64,000 bases of DNA from Octopus sinensis (taxonomy: Eukaryota): contig NW_021835972.1 of NCBI RefSeq assembly GCF_006345805.1, forward strand, positions 3,749 to 67,748, in the 5' to 3' direction. Below the pieces are notes generated by a model that worked only from the letters and a program-made list of their open reading frames with translations, was not told the DNA's origin and did not search any database. Positions 13,747 through 26,410 of this stretch are shown here, piece by piece. The translations under genes and the position numbers were made by a program. Position 1 is the stretch's first letter, and every line of letters starts with the position of its first letter.

Positions 13747-15229
13747 TGATGATCTGAATTTCAAATTCCTTATACATATAAAAACGTAGAGATATAATAT
13801 GGTGATATCAGCATAAAACATTTGTTCGTGAGCTGTGAGATGTCAGGTTTCACACAAGTGTGCACTCGTCGGTGAAGCAGAAATTATTTAATACGTTAGC
13901 AAATCTATTTTGTTCAGTTGAAAGGGTATAAGTTAACCAAATCATGGGTATTGTCAGATCGCAATTTACTGCCTCACAGAGGAATAGGCGCTATTTGAAT
14001 TGCTCTCTCTCGCTCTCTGTCTCTCTCTTTCTTCCCTGCCCCTACATTAAATTCCACAACAGGAACTGGGAACATAATTTATATTATTTCGAAATATATC
14101 TGAATATATTCTATTTTGTAGCAGAGATACAAGTGTGGTCAATGCTGGTCTGGATAAGGTTCAACGAGTTTATTGTGTGGATATCTAATGCATATGTAAG
14201 ATATATGTTCGATATCCATGTAATATCATAGATGCATAAAATGTTGATATAGATGATATTTCTCTGCAAATTGGGAGATCTCAGGCTTCATGCAAGCATG
14301 CATTTGTCATATAGATTGTGTAATATGTAGGGCTTGCCGAGGACTTGTGAATTAGATTTAGCAGATCGTAAATGGAAGATGACAAAATGTGATGTCAATC
14401 CCTTAATAACTTCAACTCTTCACTTTCTGTGGTGCATTGGCCATAAACGAATTTGCTGCACCCTGGCTGTCTTTTCTGCTTCTCTCCAGTTGAATTCTTG
14501 CTTTCTTCAGCTCTCTCTCTCAGTATCTTTCCTCCCTGAAGGAAGGCCCTTCTCCCCCAAAGATATATCGGGTTTTAATTGCCATTGATTCTTCTGTAAT
14601 GTTTCTCAGGATAGGAGTATTGACCCTATGGATGCTGGTTAAAAAGAAAAGTGATGGTAAAGTTACCTTCTCAACTCATACCGACTCATAAGGGCTGGTT
14701 TCCTAGTTTCATGGCGTCTAAACTCCCCTCCTGGATGGAGCGGTGGTCTGTCGTAGGATTACTCATTTTTGCCAGGTCTATGGACTGGAGCAATGTGAAA
14801 TGAAGTGTTTTGCTCAAGAACACAACACATTGCCTGGTCCAGGAATCGAAACTTCAACCTTATGATCATGACTCCAACACCCTAACCACTAACCCACATG
14901 CCTCCGCTATGCATGCTGGCACAGGGTTGAATGAGTTCTCCTGGTTGGGGGTCAAGTCAATCCACATTCAAGGTACTACTTACCCAGATGGGTCGGAGGA
15001 CCTCACCCTGCTCAAGTTTTCATCTTTCAGCTTCCTCACCCTATCCACCCTAGAAAGTGCACTGGGTACATTTTTGATGACACTTGCACTATAGCAGTAG
15101 CCATGTCCTTAATAGGACAAATAGGGCCTCACGGACCTCCCTCATCAATGTTTTTACTGAGCAAAAAGCATGATTGATAGTCATGATGAGAGGTATTAGT
15201 CAGAGTATGATGAATGATTGTCTTACATA

Positions 15230-15570
15230 TCTTTTACCAGCGTCGCCTTACTGGCACATGAAAAAACATTCGAGCGAGGTCGTTGCCAGTGCCACTGGGC
15301 TGGCTCCTGTGTAGGTGGCATGCAAAAAAAAAACACCATTTGAGCGTGGCTGTTACCAGTACCACCTGACTGGCCCTCATGCCGGCGGCACGTAAAAGCA
15401 CCCACTACACTCTCGGAGTGGTTAGCGTTAGGAAGGGCATCCAGCTGTAGAAACTCTGCCAGATCAAGATTGGAGCCTAGTGCAGCCTTCTGGTTCGCCA
15501 GTACTCAGTCAAACTGTTCAACCCATGCTAGCATGGAAAGTGGAAGTTAAACGATGATGATGATGATGAT
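15230..15570 (+). mobile_element. SINE family C with (GAT)n tail (other copies ~1355-1600, 1725-2035, 18540-18720, 21950-22230, 23970-24300, 34985-35170, 46990-47240, 49990-50170, 61545-61750, 62075-62255)
   Basis: Shared ggagtggttggcgttaggaagggcatccagctgtagaaac...acccatgctagcatggaaa...gttaaacgatgatgat. Confidence 0.85.
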
Positions 15571-15648
15571 CTTTATATTCAGATAATTCTATGCTACACA
15601 GTGAATGATTTCATTTTTATATATAATCTTTCTTATTTTTTTCTGCAG

Positions 15649-15721
15649 TTGTTGGGCAGGCAAACATGATGAAAGGCCATCAATGTCCGAAGTTGTGAGC
15701 ACAATGACACAAGTGTCCCAG
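15649..15721 (+). CDS. Internal coding exon of a TKL-group Ser/Thr protein kinase (subdomain XI), most similar to TAK1/MAP3K7
   Basis: Acceptor tcttattttttttctgcag and donor CAG|gtaagt. Phase 2 to 0 exon reads (x)CWAGKHDERPSMSEVVSTMTQVSQ, matching the CW-x6-RPSM-x-E-V/I-V-x2-MT pattern of TAK1. Only 24 aa are visible, so orthology is not certain. Confidence 0.85.
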
Positions 15722-16163
15722 GTAAGTCAGTTCTTCTTGCCTTCAAAACTTTCAACTAAATCAAACTAAATCAAATTTTGCTTTTTTTTACATTTATTCA
15801 CACCCCTAAGAATCCCTTTCAACTCATGGCTATGTTACTCCCCCTCTACTCATGCTCATAATCAGGGATGCACACATTGTCTGCCTCTAAGGAACATGCT
15901 CAACTGGTTACGGTCAAGCAACTGACAACAGATTTAGGGTGTTGAGCAGAATATTTACTCTAATGATATTTCTGCTTCAGCATCTCAGCACTGAATCTAT
16001 CTGAAATGTAATGGAAAACCGGTCAGTTTCAAAACATTGATGTCCAGGTCACAAAAAGCAAAGTTTGAAGGGAATGGTTGTCATTTCCTTTGATTTCTAG
16101 ATAGAAACAAATAGGAAATAACACTTACTGACCAAAGACAAAAAAAAATATTTTGTTTTGCAG

Positions 16164-16337
16164 TGTTATTCATCTTCATATAAAACTGTAGTCGCAGCAA
16201 ACATTGCCAAAAGCAGAAACAGAAAAACAAAAAAAAAAACTCATCTTCAACCTGAACTGACTAAATTCAAACAGACTTTAATAAAAACAATAAAAACTGT
16301 ATGTTTAACCTCAGTTTGTAAATATGACATTCTATAA
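16164..16337 (+). CDS. Candidate terminal coding exon following the kinase exon
   Basis: Acceptor tattttgttttgcag in matching phase 0. Open for 57 codons (CYSSSYKTVVAANIAKSRNRK...YDIL*), with AATAAA motifs at about 16280 and 16289, just inside the 3' end of the frame. No recognisable homology. Confidence 0.3.
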   Translation, partial: CYSSSYKTVVAANIAKSRNRKTKKKTHLQPELTKFKQTLIKTIKTVCLTSVCKYDIL

Positions 16338-16789
16338 AACTGTTTGATTTATTATATTTACTTATCAGTTTTGCTCTGTAGCCTATATTGCACAACAGCT
16401 GTTGAGAATTATAACTTCTACTTTTCCCCATGTCATACATTTATTCTTAGCCTGTGGGGCCTCTTCTTCAGTATATAAGGGCTCTTTTCTTTTTCCATTT
16501 AGTTATCACTACCCTACAGTGCTGGCCATTCTCCCAATCAATGGCCTTTTGTAATTAAATACTGCAAAAAGCCATATTATTATTATGTGATATTTTAGCT
16601 TCTGTATCTTGCTTCTTTCCATTGTGGGACTGTGGCCATGCTGGGGTACTACTTTGAAGGGTTTTAGCTGAGCAAGACAACCCCAGTACTTAATTTTTTA
16701 AGCCTCATACTTAGTCTATCAGTTTCTTTTTCAAAACTACTAAGCTGTGGGGACAAAAACAAATGCAAAATGAATATAACACTGACATC

Positions 16790-18032
16790 TCATTTTAATA
16801 TTTACCAAAATTACAGAAAAATATCTTGAAATACTAAAGAGTAAATTTATTCAATAAAATCGCCATTGGCTTCAACCACGACCTCCAAATAAACTTTGGG
16901 ATCTCCTGCAACTCTTCTGGATGGTCTCCTTGTTTAAGTTGGCGAATGCTGCCATAATCCTTGCCTTCAGTTCATCTTTGGGGTTACAAGGAGTTTTGTT
17001 GGTCTCTTACTCAACTGCACCCCACACATAATAATCAAGGAGGTTGCAGTCTGGGGAGTTAGCTGGCCAGATTTTAGGGGTGATGTGGTCACAGAAATTG
17101 TTTGACAGCCATGACTGGGTTTTCCTGCTTGTGTGGCATGGTGCAGAGTCCCGTTATCAGACACAGGGTCTTCAGCAATCACCCTCTTGACCCAGGGCAG
17201 CACTACCTTCTCCAGGCACTTGATGTAGGCCTCCGTGTTGAGTCTGGGGCCATAAGGGAAGATGAATGGAGGCATAATGTCACCATCATTAGTGATCACT
17301 CCAAACACCATGATGTTGACTGGATGTTTGATTTTTATAACTCTTGGTACATGTTTTGGGGACACGGCAAGCCAACAGGTTTTCTATGTGTGTTTACTAT
17401 CTGATCCTGACAGAAAATTTTCTCATCAGAAAAACCAAAGCATGTTCAGTTGGAAGGGATACTTGAGTTTGTTCAAAAGCTTCGTAGCATTGTCTTTCCT
17501 CTTGTCCTTGATGGCTTGGGATAAAAATTGGCCCTTTCTCATCTTCTTAGAGAAATACTGAATGTCTTCATGCACTATCTGCCTGATAAGAAACTCAGAC
17601 ACTCTCATGGCCCTGGCGATGGGCCTGATTGACTTGGAGGGATCGTTGTCAATCATGGTCTGGAACTCACCAACAAATACAGGAGTTCTTTTCTTATCAG
17701 AATCAAAGTGAGTTTTCTGAGCTGCTGTACCTTCATAATCATCATCAGGCCCATCCGGTTCTTTCCGAATTCTCTGCAGTGTCCGCAAATTGACAATTGA
17801 CACCCAAATACTCTGAAATGTCCATATTGGAACTTCCAGTGCAAATGCCAAGCAGTACAGCATGTCATTTCCAAATTTCTGGGCAGAGTGAATTGCATCA
17901 TGGGGCTGTTTTTCTCACAGATGGTGCCCAGCTGACCCTACTATACTGTGTAGTCAACAAAATCAACAACAAACAATGCACATGTGTGAAATTAAAGACA
18001 TAAAATGGTGACAATTTACCCATCACACCCTA
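16790..18032 (-). mobile_element. Decayed maT-family (DD37D) Tc1/mariner transposon, near full length, one visible TIR
   Basis: Minus frames: ...KLLNKLKYP..LWFF(SDEK)...KHPVNIMVFGVITNDGDIMPPFIF...DSAPCHTSRKTQSWL...WPANSPDCNLLDYYVWG. There are 37 residues between the 2nd and 3rd Asp. The end TAGGGTGTGATGGGTAAATTGTCACC lies at about 18007-18032. Contains stops and frameshifts. Confidence 0.9.
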
Positions 18033-19377
18033 TATGTGTGTGTGTGTGTGTGCATGTGTGAGTGACTTTGTCTGTTTGCCCCCCCCCCCCACTGTCAATT
18101 GACAACTGATGTTCCTGTAACTTGGCAGTTTGGGAAAGGAGTCCGATAGGATAAGTACTAGGCTTACAAAGAACAAATCCTGAGGTCAATTTCCTTTACT
18201 AAAAAATCATTTAAAGCGGTGCTCCAGCATGGCTGGAGTCAAATGACAGAAACAAGTAAAGGAATATATATATATATGTGTGTGTATATGGATTTCCACA
18301 GTTTCCATGCTCAACTTGCTGTGAAGTGGGACTGAACCTGAAACCACATAACTGAAAGGCAAGCTTCTTAACCACATAACCATGCCTTTCTTTTTTCTTA
18401 CCATGAGCCCTAGGGGTCATAAGGTTGTTCACTCGTTTTCCATGGTGTATAAGTCCCAGAGATCATAGCACCCTCTTGATTATCAGTTGTAGGTTTCGAG
18501 GGCAGTAATTTTGAGGGGTGGGCGCAAATGGATTACATTGATCATCATCCTCATTTAATGTCCATTGTCCATGCTGGCATGGGTTGGATGGCTTTACCAG
18601 GGCTGGTAAGTTGGAAGGCTCCTGTCTGATTTGGCATGGTTTTCTATGGCTGGAAGTCCTTCTTAATGCCAATCATTCTGAGAGTGTAATGGTTGCTTTT
18701 ACATGCCATCTGCATCATGCATGATATAATGTCAAAGGTCTCGTTCATTGCCTCAAACCCTGCTTCATGGGATTGCACCTAGAAAGTTCCCCTCCGATGA
18801 ACAATATCGGGCAAGGTTGTTTATACCAACAGTTGCCCAAGCATACCACCCTCCCCTCTCCATACCGCTGATGTTGTCCAAGGGAAAGACAAAGGCTGGT
18901 ACAGTTTAGCACCAGTGACGTCAGAACGCATGTCTACAGCTGAGTAAACTGGAACAATGTGAAATAAAGTGTCTTGCTCAAGAACGCAACACACAACCTG
19001 GTCTGGGAACAGAACTCACTACCTCTTGATTGTGAGCCTGACACTCTAACCACTGAGCCATGCATCTTATCCTTTATTGATCCTAGTACTTGACTGGTTA
19101 CTTTATTTTGTCGCCCCCTCCCTCACCAAAGTGGTGAAAGGTAAAGTTGCCCTTGGCAGAATTTAAATAATACAGAGACACCATTTGCAGGAAAAAGCAA
19201 GAGCCAAGCTGAGTAAGACAAGCATTTGTCAGAGTTTGAAGACCTCACTTCTTTTTTTGATCAGCACCTCAGTGTTGGTGGTCAGTGGAGTGACTCAACA
19301 CTTCTGTTTTGGGGTCCATGGTTCAATTCTTGAGCTAAGAACTTTTCTATCAACCAAGAAAATTGTGCATAGAAATA

Positions 19378-19609
19378 TATTTCTTTACTACCCACAAGGG
19401 GCTAAACACAGAGGGGACAAACAAGGACAGACATAGGTATTAAGTCGATTACATCGACCCCAATGCGGAACTGGTACTTTATTTATCGACCCCGAAAGGA
19501 TGAAAGGCAAAGTTGACCTCGGCGGAATTTGAACTCAGAACGTAGCGGCAGACGAAATACCGCTAAGCATTTCTCCCGGCACACTAATGGTTCTGCCAGC
19601 TCGCCGCCT
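19378..19609 (-). mobile_element. SINE family B monomer with 18-bp TSD
   Basis: AAATTGTGCATAGAAATA at 19360-19377 and 19610-19627. Confidence 0.92.
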
Positions 19610-20106
19610 AAATTGTGCATAGAAATAGTCTTGTAGTCATTCTGGTCTTTCTGTCCTTTCCCCTTGTCCCACCCTCTCCTCCTCTTTATAAATAGACGCA
19701 TAGAAAGGTTTGTGTTAATTAAGCTAATTTCATTAAATTGAAATGATCTGACAATTATTTCTTCCGAAAATTTCCTTGGCTTAGACTGTTTAAAAATTTT
19801 ATATTGTTTAAGAAGTTCCTAAATATTTTAAAAGTGCATGTGCACACAGTTGGACATATTGCTGTCTGTGTGTGTGCATGCTAATATGCTTGTGTGTGTG
19901 TGTGTGTGTGTGCTTGCGTGTGTGTGTGTGTGTGTGTGCATGCGTGTGCATGTTGGTATGTTCATCTCTGTGTGTTGGTATGCTTTTGTCTGTATGTTGC
20001 TAGGCTTTTGTGTATGTGTGTGTGTCTGTATGCTTTTGTCTGTGCATATGCTGCTAGGCTGTGCGTGTGTGTGTGTATGTGAGTGTGTGTGTGTGTGTGT
20101 GTTATG

Positions 20107-20149
<43 letters not shown>

Positions 20150-21142
20150 TGTATCACTGTGCATATGTGAATGTGCTATTGCTGGTGTGTGGACATATGT
20201 ATGGGGGTATATGCTAGCGTGTGTGTGTGTGTGTGGGGGGGTAATAAATATTTTTGCATACATGTGTACTCATGTATGTGCATGTACCTGTGTTTGTGCA
20301 TACATGTGCATGCGTGCGTGTATGTGTGTGTGTGTGTGTGTTGTGTGTTGTGTGTGTATGTGTGTGTGTGGTGTGTGTGTGTGGTGTGTGTGTGTCTGTG
20401 TGTGTGTGTGTGTCTGTGTGTGTGTGTGTGGCAGTAAGCTTTCCATTCAGGCTAAACAGATTTGGTCTGAATCATCCTTATTTAATCATTTCTTCCTTCT
20501 TTGACAAAAGTAAATCAGTTAATGTTAACGGCAATGTTTTTGTAGCAGCAGATGTTCTTGTCGAATGAAGCGGTCGTTCGGCAACCGGTGGCGGCGGCGG
20601 TGGTGGTGATGGCAGCGCGGGAAGTGTGTGTGTGTGTATGTGTGTGTGTGTGTATGTGTGTGTGTGTGTATGTGTGTGTGTGTGTGTGTGTCCCTACTTA
20701 AACCAGTAGTTTCGCTGTCAGGCGCTTTGTTTGCAATTTCCCTAATGATGTTCATTGTTGCACAAATTGCGCCTTCGTCATTATAAGAGCGCAGATTTCG
20801 ACAATGGGTTGCGAGTGGATGTGCACCGAGCATTGACAGGTTGATCTGCTTAGTGAATAATTTCTGCTTCTGCTGCTGTTGTTGTTGTTGCAGTAATGGG
20901 ATATTCTTAAATGGTTATTGACTGGATTGGCGCCAAAGAATTTAGGCGGATATATGCTTGGAAACAGGTTGAATTAACGACCAACCTGCTGTCGTTCTCA
21001 GACAGGGAAAGTGTGAAACTCTAAGACTACCGCAGAAAAGACCTATTCAATTGTTTTTGTAAAATTTTAAACAAGGTTTCCCTGTTATTACCACCAAGTT
21101 TATTTACCATTTTGTTTTCTTAAAAAAAAAAAAAAAAGCATA

Positions 21143-21315
21143 CAGGCGCAGGAGTGGCTGTGTGGTAAGTAGCTTGCTAACCAACCACATGGTTCCGGGT
21201 TCAGTCCCACTGCGTGGCATCTTGGGCAAGTGTCTTCTGCTATAGCCCCGGGCCGACCAATGCCTTGTGAGTGGATTTGGTAGACGGAAACTGAAAGAAG
21301 CCTGTCGTATATATG

Positions 21316-21346
<31 letters not shown>

Positions 21347-21565
21347 ATGTGTGTGCTTTTGTCCCCCTAGCATTGCTTGACAACCGATGCTGGTGTGTTT
21401 ACGTCCCCGTCACCTAGTGGTTCAGCAAAAGAGACCGATAGAATAAGTACTGGGCTTACAAAGAATAAGTCCCGGGGGTCGATTTGCTCGACTAAAGGCG
21501 GTGCTCCAGCATGGCCACAGTCAAATGACTGAAACAAGTAAAAGAGTAAAAGAGTAAAAGAGAGT
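21143..21565 (+). mobile_element. SINE family A, full length, young-looking copy with (TAAAAGAG)n tail
   Basis: CpGs largely intact; the 8-bp tail repeat is present three times. Confidence 0.92.
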
Positions 21566-23372
21566 ACAGTACTTTTCTAGGTTTCTATGGAATTACTCAG
21601 TAGATTCCAGATTTTCATGTTGGAGTTGGATTAAGTTCAAACTGTACCCCACCTCCTTTGCTCTTCCACCCTCTTCTCTATTTGTTGTTGTATTTGTATT
21701 TCTATTTGTTGCTTTCTTGTCCTTACCATTTTGTTTCAGTGAGGGCACATGACCAAGTGGTTCAGATGTTGCGCTCACAGTTGTGAGGTTTTGGTTTCAA
21801 TTCCTCGATCGGGTGACATGTCATGTCCTTGAGCAATTGCTGCCATATTGCTCTGGGGTCACTTCATCATCTGACATGTGGTGCATTGTGCACCTGCAAT
21901 GTCGATTTGACTGAGACCTTTGGCATTCATTGTTGCGCTTGAGAAGAAGACCTGTCAAACCAAGCAAAGGTCGCAGTCATGGCAGATACCAAAGTCATGC
22001 AAATGGCACCTGTGCTGGTGGCACATTAAAAACACCCTGGTGTCACATGAATAGCACCTGTGCTGGTGGCACGTAGAAACACCCATTACACTCTTGGAGT
22101 GGTGGGCATTAGGAAGGGCATCCAGCTCTAGAAAACCATGCTAAATCAGACCGGATCCTGATGCAGCCTTCCAACTTCCCAGCCCTGGTCAAACCATCCA
22201 ATCCCTGCCAACATGGACGACGGACATTAAAGGTGGTGCTCCAGCATGGCCGCAGTCAAATGACTGAAACAATTAAAAGAATGTGTGAGTGTATTTATGT
22301 GTGTGTATGTGTGTGTGTAACATTGTTTCACAATTTCATTTTGTTCAGTAGTTCTGTCTTAATCTTTTTTATTGTTCTGTTTTTCTCTATAAGCATGCAC
22401 GCATGCATGCATGTGTGCATATATATACACACATATATGTGCATATATATGTGCATATATATATATGAGCATACATATATGTGCATATATATATGTGCAT
22501 ATATATATATGTGCATATATATATATACACCCACAGCACATCTTCGTCTTCCTTAACTATTTCTCTCCCATTATTCCGGTGCTGATAACTATTACATGCA
22601 ACTTCCTTACCTCCAGCACCTCCCACCTGTTATTCTCTAATTTCACAATTACATATCTCAAATACATCTTTCGCATCTCACCGCCCTCCTCCATTTATCT
22701 CCTTCCCGTACTTGTGTTTGTTCTGTCCGTGTTCTTCAGTTGCCTCCTCACAGTTGCCTGAGCCAAATTATAATTTGATGCGGTCATCTGCTAAAATATT
22801 TTGCACAGTGATGATGATTACACTGTCCAGCTGACAGCTAATTGCTGCTGACCATTTTCAATCTAAGCTCGTAAATGAATGCACAGCACCCCGCTCGACC
22901 ATTGCTCTGTCTCTCCTCTCCTCTCATCATTTGCTATGTAATTCTTCCAGTTGTTGTTCATCCTCTCTCTATCTACCTCCCTCTCTCTCTGTATATATAA
23001 GCACAGGCATAGCTGTGGAGTAAGAAGTTTGCTTCTCAACCATATGATTCTGGAACCTTGGGCGAGTTGTCTTTTACTATAGCTTTCAGCTGACCTTGTG
23101 AGTGGATTTGGTAGACAGAAACTGAAAGAAGTCTATAGTGTGTATGTGTGTGTGTGTGTTTGTATAAATATAAAATAGGTGCAGGTATGGCTGTGTAGTT
23201 AGGAACTTGCTTCCCAACCACATGGTTCTGGGTTCAGTCCCACTGTATGGCACCTTGGACAAGTGTCTTCTTGTATAGCCTTGGACTGACCAAAGCCTTG
23301 TGAATGGATTTAGTAGACCAAAACTGGAAGAAGCCCATCTTGTATGTGTGTGTGTGTATATATATACACACA

Positions 23373-23919
23373 CAGGGGTTGGACAAAATAATGAAAACAG
23401 CTTAAAATTTCAAACAAATTTATTTTAATATGGGGTAGGACTGCCTTTGGCAGTAATTACACCTTGAATTCTAAGAGGTATGGACTTGTACAAACTTTGA
23501 ATTGCTTCCAAAGGAATTTTTGTCCATTCTTCAGCTAAAACAGTCTCCAGTTCTTGTAGTGATGATAGTAGAGGATTGCGACTCCTTACTTGTTTTTCTA
23601 AATTGCACCCTCTTTCTCAAAGGCACTTTCGAGACAGTACTTCTTGATACACCAAACATTTCAGTTGTTTTCATTACGCTAGTGCTTGCCATATGAGCAC
23701 CAACAATTTGACTTCTTTGAAAGTCCGATAGATCTGTCATTTTAATGAATTTTAATTACCTTTTTCTGATGATATCTGAAAAGAAAGAGTAATTTAGCAA
23801 AACTTATTAAGCGACACTTATAATAAATCAAAAACATAAAAATAAACAAGCTTTTGATGGTTTTATAGATATTTCTAAATTATGATGCTAGGTGTTTCCA
23901 TTATTTTGTCCAACCCCTG
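23373..23919 (-). mobile_element. Internally deleted Tc1-like transposon with intact ~27-bp TIRs
   Basis: TIRs caggggttggacaaaataatgaaaaca / tgtttccattattttgtccaacccctg, followed by TA. Minus ORF MTDLSDFQRSQIVGAHMASTSVMKTTEMFGVSRSTVSKV is a Tc1 N-terminal HTH. Confidence 0.9.
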
Positions 23920-24929
23920 TATATATATGTGTGTGAGTGTGTGTGTGTGTGTGTGTATGTGTATATATATCATGATGATCATCATCATCGTTTAACGTCT
24001 GCTTTCCATGCTGGCATGGGTTGGACGATTTGACTGAGGACTGGCGAGCCAGATGGCTGCACCAGGCTCGAATCTGATCTGGCAGAGTTTCTACAGCTGG
24101 ATTCCCTTCCTAATGCCAACCACTCCAAGAGTGTAGTGGGTCCTTTTACGTGCCACCGGTATGAGGGCCAATCAGGTGGTACTGGCAACAGCCGTACTCA
24201 AATGGTGTTTTTTATGTACCACCTGCATAGGAGCCAGTCCAGCAGCACTGGCAACGACCTCGCTTGAATGTTTTTTTCACATGCCAGTAAGGCGACGCTG
24301 GTAACAATAATGCAGCCGCCAGGTAACGATAATAATAACAATAATAATGATGTTAATAATAATAATTATAATCATAATAATAATAATAATACCTTCTACT
24401 ATAGGCACAAGGCCTGAAGTTTTGGGGGAGGGGTATAATCGATTTCATCAACCCCAGCACATGGCTGGTACTGATTTTATTGACTCCGAAAGGATGAAAG
24501 GCTAAGTCGACGTTGGGGGAATTTGAACTCAGAACGTAAATGTGAATGAGATGCTGCTGAGCATTTTGCCTGGTCTGCTAATGATTCAGCCAGCTCGTTA
24601 CATTAACAACAACAACAACAACAATAATAATAACAACAACAATAACGATGGTTTATTTATTTATTTATTTAGAGAAGGCATTTAATCTTGAGGAAATTTT
24701 AATTCGTTAAATGTCATTGTTTGTTATTTGTGTTGATTTTTGCTTTGTTGAAGTTGTTTTCTTAGTAATTACATGTCAGGTTTAATCTATTCCGTTAGGC
24801 TTTTGTTTGTGTTGTTTTTGTTTACGTGGCTTACATCTCTTCGGTGTGTGTGTGTGTGGTGTGTGTGTGTGAGAGATAGAGACAGAGTTATATAAAGATG
24901 GATGTTTATCTGCAGTGCTTGTGTGTTTA

Positions 24930-24961
<32 letters not shown>

Positions 24962-25574
24962 CTAGGAGATGTGTATCTTTGATGCCTCTGAGATGTGTCT
25001 GTTTGATGTGCACTGTGTCACTGTGTGCTCATGCATGCATGTGTGCAACAATGTGTGTGTGAATGTGTATCAGGTATTAGTACATCTGTATGTGTATGAG
25101 TACATTTGTATGTGTGCGTATGAGTATATGCGTGTTTTTCTGTGACTCTGCATGTGTGTGTGTGTGTGTGTATGTGTGTATGTGTGTGTGTGTGTGTGAG
25201 GAATGCGTATCTGTATGTTTGTGTGTGTGACTTTGCATGCGTATGTTAACGTGTAATATGCCTCTGTATATCTTATGTGTGTGTGTTTGTGTCTGACTAT
25301 GTGTGTGTTTTTGAGTACTTGTGTGTAAACAACATATAAAAGTATGCATCTACATCTGTATGTATGTATGTATGTGTGTGTGTATGTATGTATGTATGTG
25401 TGTGTATGTGTGTGTCTGTAACTGCATGTGTATAAGTATGCATGTACATATGTGTGTGTGTGTGTATTTATAACTACATATATGTGATGGGTATATGTAT
25501 CGATCTGTGCATCTGTGAGTATATGTACGAACGTGATGTTTGAAAGATTTCACATATAAACCATTCCAATGTTC

Positions 25575-25790
25575 AGGGCTTCGTCACTCCTGAAGTAGGA
25601 ACCCTTCCCTAGACTCCTTCCACCACCGTCTGTCTCTGGCCAGTCATGGCCATGTAGGCCCCAGGCCATGGGTGAGCTCATCTCACCATCATGTCTTTGG
25701 TCAGCCTCTTTGATCTTCTCCATTGTCTTGTCCATCTGTTGTCCTTCAGTCACGTTGCGTGACCAGCCCATCTGTATTCATTCTGTTCTC
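25575..25790 (-). mobile_element. RTE-clade LINE 3' ORF remnant
   Basis: Minus frames YRWAGHAT*LKDNRWT and LARDRRWWKESREGFLLQE*. Confidence 0.75.
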
Positions 25791-25845
25791 CTTGATGGTT
25801 CTTACGATGGTATTGACTCTCATTTGCTATCGAAACGAGCAACTG

Positions 25846-26050
25846 CAGGGTATCCCTAAAGTCTGGACTCGAAGGCAAAATGTATATTTTCAAGAAATAA
25901 GTGTAAAATTTTCAACAACATTTTATTCACTACGCCATAACTACTACACCATATGCCTACGGGCATATAGCGTGGTGGTTAAGAGCGCAGGCTACTAACC
26001 CCAAGATTCTGAGTTCGATTCCAAGCACTGACCTGAACAACAACAACAAC

Positions 26051-26084
<34 letters not shown>

Positions 26085-26410
26085 TCGAAAAATACCTTAG
26101 GAATGAGGACCCAGGTTCGAAATTTCCCCAAGACACCTGAAGAAGGCTGGAGGGTGTTAACAACAAACAAGATGAGGACAAATATCCGTCGAATGTAAAC
26201 AATGTGAATAACATTTTATTCAGTTGGAATACTAACAAATGACGTCTTCAATATGATTTCCACCATTTGTGATGCAGAGGCTGATGTGCTTTTGTAAGAC
26301 TTATGAGAAGCCGATGCTATAACCCCACATAGCCATAAGTTTGAGCACATTCACTCTTTATGCATTCCATCAAGATGTGTTGTGTCTGTGATTTTCATTG
26401 AGTAAAAAAT
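25846..26410 (-). mobile_element. Tc1/mariner 3' end remnant hosting the tRNA-PLE insert
   Basis: TIR-like cagggtatccctaaagtctggac at 25846; minus frame LQKHISLCITNGGNHIEDVI resembles the transposase C-terminal CI-x3-GGH-x-E motif. Confidence 0.45.
25930..26209 (+). mobile_element. Second copy of the tRNA-headed, PLE-tailed element (hammerhead partly deleted)
   Basis: Head gggcatatagcgtggtggttaagagcg...gagttcgattcc, then (AAC/AAT)n, then ...agacacctgaagaaggctggaggg. A 13-bp direct repeat AACATTTTATTCA lies at 25917-25929 and 26210-26222, with a short inverted copy of the head at the 5' end. Confidence 0.85.

Noticed and set aside
14400-14630. Protein-like minus frames, with VYGQCTTESEE resembling an RTE endonuclease motif
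   Set aside because: Short match with stops; too weak to call.
25962-26035. tRNA gene (ACT anticodon-like loop)
   Set aside because: The acceptor stem is not complete and the sequence is fused to a repeat tail; treated as a SINE-type head.
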